Source: Plasmodiophora brassicae
Taxonomy: Eukaryota
DNA: 64,000 bases
Direction: 5' to 3'
Assembly (NCBI GenBank): GCA_036867785.1
Contig: CP145409.1
Span: forward strand, 1,736,001-1,800,000
Position numbers and translations under genes: made by a program. Numbering within the stretch: the stretch's first letter is position 1; each line of letters opens with the position of its first letter. The notes beneath the pieces are model-generated. The model was given only the letters and a program-made list of their open reading frames with translations, was not told where the DNA came from and made no database searches. This document shows positions 57,470 through 64,000 of the stretch, in pieces.

Positions 57470-58713
57470 AGCGTACACCTCGGGGCACAGCGCGGAGCGG
57501 TGACCAACCTTGTGACAGTGCTGTCAAGGAGGTCGCTTGGGGCAGGACGCAATGGAATGGCCAGCCTCGCGACAATAGTGGCAGACCAAAGGTTGCGCCC
57601 CTCCGACCTCGATAGCGTTGACGGCGGCGGTCGGATACTTCGGTTCGAGATGGACCGCCATCTCGAACATCTTGCCGTACTCGGTGTAGTTGTAAATGAA
57701 GAGGGCGTCTGAAAGTGCAGGGTTCAAGGACAGGCGGAACTTTTCCGCCAAACGGGACGGACTCAGCCTATACAAGGGGTCAAGTTGTAGAACCTTCTTG
57801 TACAAGCGCTGGAATGCCCGCGCGTGGTGAACCACACTGGCAGTCTGCTTGTCAAATCCGCTTCGACCTGCTTTAACGAAGGCTCCGGAAAATCATGAAG
57901 CAGGGGGGACGCCACGTCCGCCATTGACGCGTCCTCGGGAAGGTCAAGATAAGACGTCTCAAGGGCGTATCCTTTCAAGGCCGTCGTCAAGATGCTTTGC
58001 ACAGCGTCGGAAAGCGGACTGTTAGACGTTAACGGCGTCTGGGTGATCCGCGCGAAGGCGGTCAACCAACGCATCGTCGACAGACCGTCCGCCCCCGAAA
58101 ACCGCGGGATATCGTGGGACTGGACAGCAATAGGCGGCGGCGGCGGGGACACGGGATGCTGCGTCGACGGGGCGACAGAATTCGGCAGAGACGAAGCCAC
58201 AGAAGCGTGGAGAGGCAATAGGGAAGGCACAGCGCTGATGACCGGAGAAGCCGACGAGTCGTCTCGTCTCGGCCCGTATCGACCCATCGTATTGTACCGC
58301 GTCCTAACATTGTCCCGTCTAGGTAGTGTAGCATCGCAGCCATGGCAGGAGGTGATATCGTCCGCGAATCCGGATGTTGTCGGATGTTGCTGGCGCCATC
58401 GAGCTGCGCGACCTGAAGGCGGAGATCCTCGACCTCTTACCGCAGTTGAAATTCGCGGATGGCTCGCTGCGGGGGAGGGGGCTGGCCCTAGACAGCGAGC
58501 CATGCGCGAATTTCAACTGCGGTAAGAGGTCGAGGATCTCCGCCTTCAGGTCGCGCAGCTCGATGGCGCCAGCAACATCCGACGCAGCTGCAGCATCCGG
58601 ATTCGCGGACGATATCACCTCCTGCCATGGCTGCGATGCTACACTAGACGGGACAATGTTAGGACGCGGTACAATACGATATCAGCCGATACGGGCCGAG
58701 AAGGGCGAGACGA
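57470..58713 (-). mobile_element. Decayed retrotransposon gag remnant with two CCHC zinc knuckles
   Basis: DIPRFSGADG...WL..F gag-like segment; frameshift near 57830; CHYCREAGHSIASC followed by *QHCHKVGHRSALC (first Cys of the second knuckle is TGA at 57524-57526). Confidence 0.75.
58259..58713. repeat. Foldback inverted repeat: arms about 210 bp (58259-58469 / 58493-58713), 23-nt G-rich loop
   Basis: ...aattcgcggatggctcgctg [loop] cagcgagccatgcgcgaatt...; the same peptide (IELRDLKAEILDLLPQLKF) reads on both strands. Confidence 0.95.
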
Positions 58714-59252
58714 TACGCGTACAACCGATGGGTAGTCGGTCAAAATGTGACGACAGAGCAAGATGTTAGATGTGTCAACCACACGGATTGACCGACTGAG
58801 GTCGGTCCAACGTCGTGGACGTTTATTGGAGTATTGCGCTGCGGAGGAGCCCAATTAGGTGCCGGCTGAGTCGAACGGCTATTCGGGATTCGTTCGAGGA
58901 GTGTGGATGGCCCACGACGCGGTCAACCTGAAGTCGCCAGACTGCAAGAGGTCCAGAAAATGAAGGGCAGCATGTCATGTCGGCACATCCAGACCGCGGA
59001 ATGCTGGTGTTTGCTGCGCTGAACTGATCCTGATAACTTCTTAGACTCTCGTGTGAAAACGCATAAACCACAGGAATAAACGCACCACCAAACTCCTCGG
59101 CGTCAGCTCGTTACGACCTCTAGGAACAGGCATGCCCTAAGCCCATATTCCCATGTATCAGAGCTGATCGAGGGACAGGGCTTGCAGTTCGCACCGTGCA
59201 CTGGAGACCGCGCTCAATTTGCGCGCAGGCAATCTGGTCAACTTTGCGCTGA

Positions 59253-59442
59253 ACTATTGATAGCAGACCGCCGCACTGCGCAGGATATACTGCGGAGCCC
59301 GCCGCGCTTCCAGATTCCGCAGTTTGCACCATGCAGTGGGAAGGCGCGCTCCGTATGAGCGCAATTTGGCAAGACTATTGATAGCAGACCGCACTCCGCA
59401 CGGCGCAGGATACTGCGGAGCCGGCCGCGCTTCCGGAATCCG
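59253..59442 (+). repeat. Imperfect direct repeat, two copies of about 67 bp (59253-59319, 59374-59442)
   Basis: actattgatagcagaccg...gcaggata(ta)ctgcggagcc.gccgcgcttcc occurs twice. Confidence 0.8.
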
Positions 59443-59565
59443 GATTGCGGTGGCACGGCCGGAGGGCGCCAAACGGATTTCGAACCCGCAAGCGCAACAA
59501 CGTACGCCAGCCGTCCAGCTGACACGATCGACACCTCCTACATTGAAGGCAGGGGCACGAACGCC

Positions 59566-60494
59566 ATGGAACGTGGATCTGTCAAACCGGGTCTGCTTGC
59601 GCTTCTCGCTATCTTCCTGTCCAATGGACTCTGCAACGCTGTTGTACTGCAGTCTGGCAGAAATCGTGTCGAAATATCCAGTGATCGCGCTGCTCAACAT
59701 TCTCCAGTTATTGAAGATCGACTGAGGAATGCTGTGCGGCCCGGACGTTCAATCCGAATAACCCTGGACACTGCCATCGACGCTACCCAACTGTCCCTCA
59801 TCGCGGATTTCATGAACAGGGTGAATCAGGTACAAATATATATTCCACTGTTGCTTTTCTGCCAACTGACGACAATATGTGACCTTGTAAAGATTGAACA
59901 CGCACAACAATGGATCCAAGACGTATACTATCAAGGAGTTGACCCGAGTGACCTTCATCCAGTAGCCCAAGAGCTGCAAATGCCCCTGTTCCTGGCTGCA
60001 TTCGGCGCATCTTCACAAGACGATGACCTGCGAACTGCAATCCAATCCCAGCTGCAAGCGGCACGCGCAGCTTGGCAAACGACAGTACAGCCGCCACCAA
60101 TTACGGCGTCCAGCCTGCTGCTGCAAGACTTGCCCGACGCCGACCCGAATGGGTAAGCGAATGGTTGTATATATGCTCTGCATATCGTTGCGCCTCATTA
60201 TGCTCCAGATGCCCCATCTGCCTGGGTTCGTTCACCGACGTCGTCCAGGGCCCGGCGATTCTTCCTTTTCCATGCAACCACCCGTTCCACGATCGTTGTA
60301 TCAATGGCTGGTTCAGTGCAGGGCACAACTCGTGCCCATTGTGCCGCAGTTGCAGAGACCAGAGCCAGAACGCGGACGTCTCAGGAACGAACGCCAACGT
60401 TTCACCAACGAATACCGACGCCTTACCACGGCCTTCGAGGACTCGCTCAAGATCAGCAATTGTCCAGCTGATGTCCAGGTTCAGGCGGTCCTGA
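59566..60494 (+). CDS. Secreted protein: signal peptide + SKP1/BTB-like module + RING-H2 finger (introns 59830-59892, 60153-60208)
   Basis: Signal peptide ending LCNA|VVLQS; spliced CPIC...PCNHPFHDRCINGW...CPLCR (C3H2C3). Confidence 0.85.
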
Positions 60495-61214
60495 ACAAAA
60501 ACATTGGGGCATGTGTTTGAGTCCCCATGGGGTCGTTTGAATAAACGCGTTTGAATGAAATGTGTCCGTTTAGTGAACGGAGCCAGGCCGTCCGTGGAAG
60601 AATAGAGTTCCCCATCGACTATCGGGATCGTTCGGGCGCAGAACTTGGCTGGGGCTCGTGACAGGGCGGCGGTTTGTCGGTCATCGGGGTCACCATCCCC
60701 AGCGGCGGTATCGTCAGGTACGTGTGCACGGCTACTGTACGCTAAATTGTTGACGGCACCACCCGGCACACCTACACCGTCGCGAAGGATGCCTACTGTA
60801 GGTGCCGACGCCGTCATGGCCAACAATTACGCCTGGTAGATCCGAAATATTCGAGCTGCTGATATCACTAACGTTGTGTTTTCTGGTACGGTTTTCGTAA
60901 CTAGCAAGTATCTCCTTGAACTGCCCATTGACATTGATCATCCCGTCTGGTCAGCTGGAACCGGACGGGATCATGGACACCATTCGTACTTCTAAGCAGG
61001 TCGAATACAATCCAACGTAGACAACCCGTTTGAGGCGTTAACACGCTCCATATTCGCATTCTCCAATTTCCAGGCCTGCAGCCACAAACGTGGCTAAGCC
61101 GAACGCCAAATCGGGTGGTGTCGAGACGGCAGACGCGCGTGTTACCACGCGCGCGATGTCACGCAAATAGCACATTGTGTGCACGCCAGTGACCCGAAGT
61201 GTCCGTTGGTCACG

Positions 61215-62516
61215 ATGTCGATGAAGGCTGGCCTTGGATTGCGATACACGCTGGGTGGTGCGTTGCTGCTCGTTATCCCACCTGTGTTCGTCCATTTACT
61301 GTGGTATACGAATGCGCACCTGAACGGTTCGTTGCTGGCGCTGGTGAACGCCGTGCAACGGTACGGTCTGGCGAGCGTGCTGAAGCGCGCGATCCCGACA
61401 CCGTTTGACCCGGCCGCATGGCGTATTATTTCGACGTATGCCATCGTGCAGATGACGTTGATGACGCTAGTCCCCGGTCGCGTGTTCAAAGGCCCCGTCA
61501 CGCCAATGGGTAACGTTCCCGTCTACAAAGCCAATGGCGTCCAGTGCTTCTTTGCAAGCGTTGCGTTGTTCATTGCAGGTGCGGCTTATGGCTTGTACCC
61601 CGGATCAATTGTGTACGACCATGCCGGGCACCTACTGTCGTCCATGAACGTACTCGCGTTGGCATTCTGCCTGGTGCTGTACCTGAAAGGGATCGTTGCG
61701 CCCTCGTCGACGGACTCGGGCATGTCTGGCAACGTCATCTTCGACTACTTCTGGGGCACAGAGCTCTACCCGCGCATTGCATCCGTTGACGTGAAGATGT
61801 TCACGAACTGTCGATTCGGGATGGTGTTCTGGGCGATCGGCCCGATCTCGTACATGTTCTGGCAGCACGCCCGTTTCGGATACGTCGCCAACTCATTAGC
61901 AATCAGCGTCGCTCTCCAGCTCATCTACGTGACGAAGTTCTTCGTCTGGGAGACGGGGTACCTGGCGTCCATGGACATCATGCATGATCGCGCCGGCTAC
62001 TATATCTGCTGGGGCTGCCTGGTGTTCCTACCCGTCGTGTATACGTCGCAGGCCTATTACCTGGCGTCGCACCCGATCCAGCTGAGCACGCCGTTGGCCA
62101 CTGCGATCTTCGTTGCGGGATTGGCGTGCATCTGGCTGAACTACGATTGCGATCGGCAGCGCAAGCGCTTCCGAGAGAGTCGTGGGAACAGCCTCGTCTG
62201 GGGTCGTCCTGCCGAGTACATCACAGCGCGTTACACTGCTGGAGATGGGACCGCCCATGAATCCTTGCTGCTCTGCTCCGGATGGTGGGGCGTGTCTCGC
62301 CACTTCCATTACATCCCGGAGGTGCTGGCATCTTTCTTCTGGAGCCTGCCGGCGTTGTTCAACCACTTCATGCCGTACCTGTACACAGTCTACCTCGCCA
62401 TCCTGCTGGCTGATCGGGCGATCCGCGACGAAAAGCGCTGTCGTGACAAGTACGGCAAGGATTGGGACAAGTACTGCGCTCGCATCCCCTATTACGTCAT
62501 CCCATATGTCTTCTAA
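61215..62516 (+). CDS. DHCR7: 7-dehydrocholesterol reductase (sterol delta-7 reductase, ERG4/ERG24 family)
   Basis: GPVTPMGNVPVYKANG, DYFWGTELYPRI..DVKMFTNCRFGM, WETGYLASMDIMHDRAGYYICWGCLV, LLCSGWWGVSRHFHY, RDEKRCRDKYG; exact start uncertain. Confidence 0.92.
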   Translation: MSMKAGLGLRYTLGGALLLVIPPVFVHLLWYTNAHLNGSLLALVNAVQRYGLASVLKRAIPTPFDPAAWRIISTYAIVQMTLMTLVPGRVFKGPVTPMGNVPVYKANGVQCFFASVALFIAGAAYGLYPGSIVYDHAGHLLSSMNVLALAFCLVLYLKGIVAPSSTDSGMSGNVIFDYFWGTELYPRIASVDVKMFTNCRFGMVFWAIGPISYMFWQHARFGYVANSLAISVALQLIYVTKFFVWETGYLASMDIMHDRAGYYICWGCLVFLPVVYTSQAYYLASHPIQLSTPLATAIFVAGLACIWLNYDCDRQRKRFRESRGNSLVWGRPAEYITARYTAGDGTAHESLLLCSGWWGVSRHFHYIPEVLASFFWSLPALFNHFMPYLYTVYLAILLADRAIRDEKRCRDKYGKDWDKYCARIPYYVIPYVF

Positions 62517-62555
62517 ATGCTCTGGCCATATTCCAATTGACGCCATTTAGCATGT

Positions 62556-63146
62556 TCATAGAGTTGGTCGTCGTTTAGGAGGTTTTACGCGTGGGGGTTT
62601 AGGCGGAACGTCACCGCTAACGGCAAGTTTGTGTGTGGCCAGAAACGCGTCGTTCTTCCAGACTTCATCAACGGTGCGGGCACCCGATAGCGGTATCAAC
62701 TTGCCGCTGGGGTACACCGTAGCGAGATGCGCTGCTACACGATCCGCCAATGAGTCGCTTGCCGGCCTCACCGCCGATTTGCCTCGTAATCGCTCCTCGT
62801 CGTGCATTCGTCGTTGGCGTTCCAGATCAGAACTCGACAGAAGACAAGGCTGCGCCGCATCGGTCGCATCGCTAGGTTCGGCACGAGTTGAACGACTTGC
62901 CCCGCGACGACGGCCAGCCTTACGATCGTGACGACGACGGTTGTCATCCGAGTCGTAGTCTGAATCATGACGTCGTTTACGACGTGGCCGGTCGTCGCGT
63001 CGGTCCTGCTCATACGCAGCCCACATTCGCTGTTGCTCCAACTGTCGGTTATGCGTGTCGACCTGGCGGACGATGCCCTGCAGTAGACGCCGCCCACGAT
63101 CCCCGTCATCGTCCCGCGGATGACCACTTCGGCTGTCCGCCGCCAT
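62556..63146 (-). CDS. Hypothetical charged (R/D-rich) protein
   Basis: Single ORF starting MAADSRSG, with LLQGIVRQVDTHN and R/D-rich low complexity; fills the gap between DHCR7 and the tRNAs. Confidence 0.5.
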   Translation of the reverse strand: MAADSRSGHPRDDDGDRGRRLLQGIVRQVDTHNRQLEQQRMWAAYEQDRRDDRPRRKRRHDSDYDSDDNRRRHDRKAGRRRGASRSTRAEPSDATDAAQPCLLSSSDLERQRRMHDEERLRGKSAVRPASDSLADRVAAHLATVYPSGKLIPLSGARTVDEVWKNDAFLATHKLAVSGDVPPKPPRVKPPKRRPTL

Positions 63147-63358
63147 TCGCATCGGCCGCGCGGATAGCGTCGTGCAAGACCGTCAGCCAGTCACGGACTC
63201 GAAAACGAAGGCGAGGAACGGCAGGACAGGTCACGAATCATGACTGGCAGACCCAGCAGAACTAAATAGTGCATCGGTTACCGCCTATCGGTGTCGGGTG
63301 CACAGGCATGTCAGCGATGCAAAAAGAGAGTCCAGGACAGAAATCTTCATCTTGGCAG

Positions 63359-63429
63359 TGCGCCTGCCGGGAATCGAACCCGGATCAAGTCGTTGGCAAC
63401 GACCCATTGTACCATTCAACCACAGGCGC
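63359..63429 (-). tRNA. tRNA-Gly (GCC), copy 1
   Basis: Reverse complement GCGCCTG..GAATGGTAC..GGTCG TT GCC AA CGACT..GGTTCGATTCC..CAGGCGC A. Confidence 0.93.
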
Positions 63430-63683
63430 GTTTGACGACCCGTTCCTTCCGTAACCCTCTTGGCATTATCTTCGCCTCTGTTATTGTGTACATACCGTGC
63501 CGGTTTGATTCCGGTCCCGTGCAGTGCTTTCAACCGTCAACCGGTCGCTGAGAATGTAGCGGGCTGAGAATGTAGCGGTCCTGGTGCGACAGAATGATAG
63601 ACGTCGACGAGCAACGGACTCCGGCCAATGGATTTGGTTCCTGCCGGTGAGGCCGAACAAAAACCACCAAAACCAACGATGCT

Positions 63684-63754
63684 TGCGCCTGCCGGGAATC
63701 GAACCCGGACCAAGTCGTTGGCAACGACCCATTGTACCATTCAACCACAGGCGC
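63684..63754 (-). tRNA. tRNA-Gly (GCC), copy 2
   Basis: Same as copy 1 except one variable-loop base. Confidence 0.93.
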
Positions 63755-64000
63755 GAAGACGGTTGTTTTGCGCTGCCGCACAGTCCATGCGCCGGGCGAC
63801 GATCGGGACGGTAACGCAACCGGTGCAGCCCCGGACTGCGTTCTGAGCTGACGGCGGAGTCGGTATCGGGAGAGCCTGGCTGGATCGGATGACGCTCGCC
63901 GCAGCATGACGGCCGATGCGGCTACCCGCGTCGTGGACGTCGGTGGATCATGCAATGCGCTGTCTGTGTCCCCGATGCATGACCGCGTCGCGGTCGGCGG

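Noticed and set aside
57524-57526. In-frame TGA at a Cys position (selenocysteine or read-through?)
   Set aside because: It lies in a frameshifted, decayed gag; a nonsense mutation is the simpler explanation
58740-59120. LTR or primer-binding site for the gag remnant
   Set aside because: I could not identify a paired LTR, TG...CA ends or a PBS by eye
60520-61200. Short minus-strand ORFs between the RING gene and DHCR7
   Set aside because: No homology cues; a gene call cannot be supported

Overview
Gene-dense, GC-rich eukaryotic DNA with many short (about 50-65 nt) GT-AG introns and very short intergenic gaps. Flagellar genes (IQUB, DRC2/CCDC65, a TTLL, an EF-hand/WD40 protein), signal-peptide ankyrin proteins and several 7TM-RGS genes point to a flagellated protist, most consistent with a plasmodiophorid such as Plasmodiophora (inference, not verified). 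About 30 protein genes, three tRNA-Gly genes and two decayed transposon relics are supported. The main observations are: (1) a DH-PH RhoGEF ending in a WASP-type proline-rich/WH2-C-A tail, encoded 83 bp downstream of a G-alpha gene, in a window that also has three 7TM-RGS genes and two PA-domain 7TM genes; (2) two secreted proteins sharing a SKP1/BTB-like N-terminal module with an intron at the same position, but carrying different C-termini (ankyrin versus RING-H2); (3) both transposon relics are folded into long inverted repeats, making them candidate hairpin-RNA silencers; (4) an ankyrin + EDR1-domain + pseudokinase fusion. Gene boundaries were spliced by eye and are approximate.
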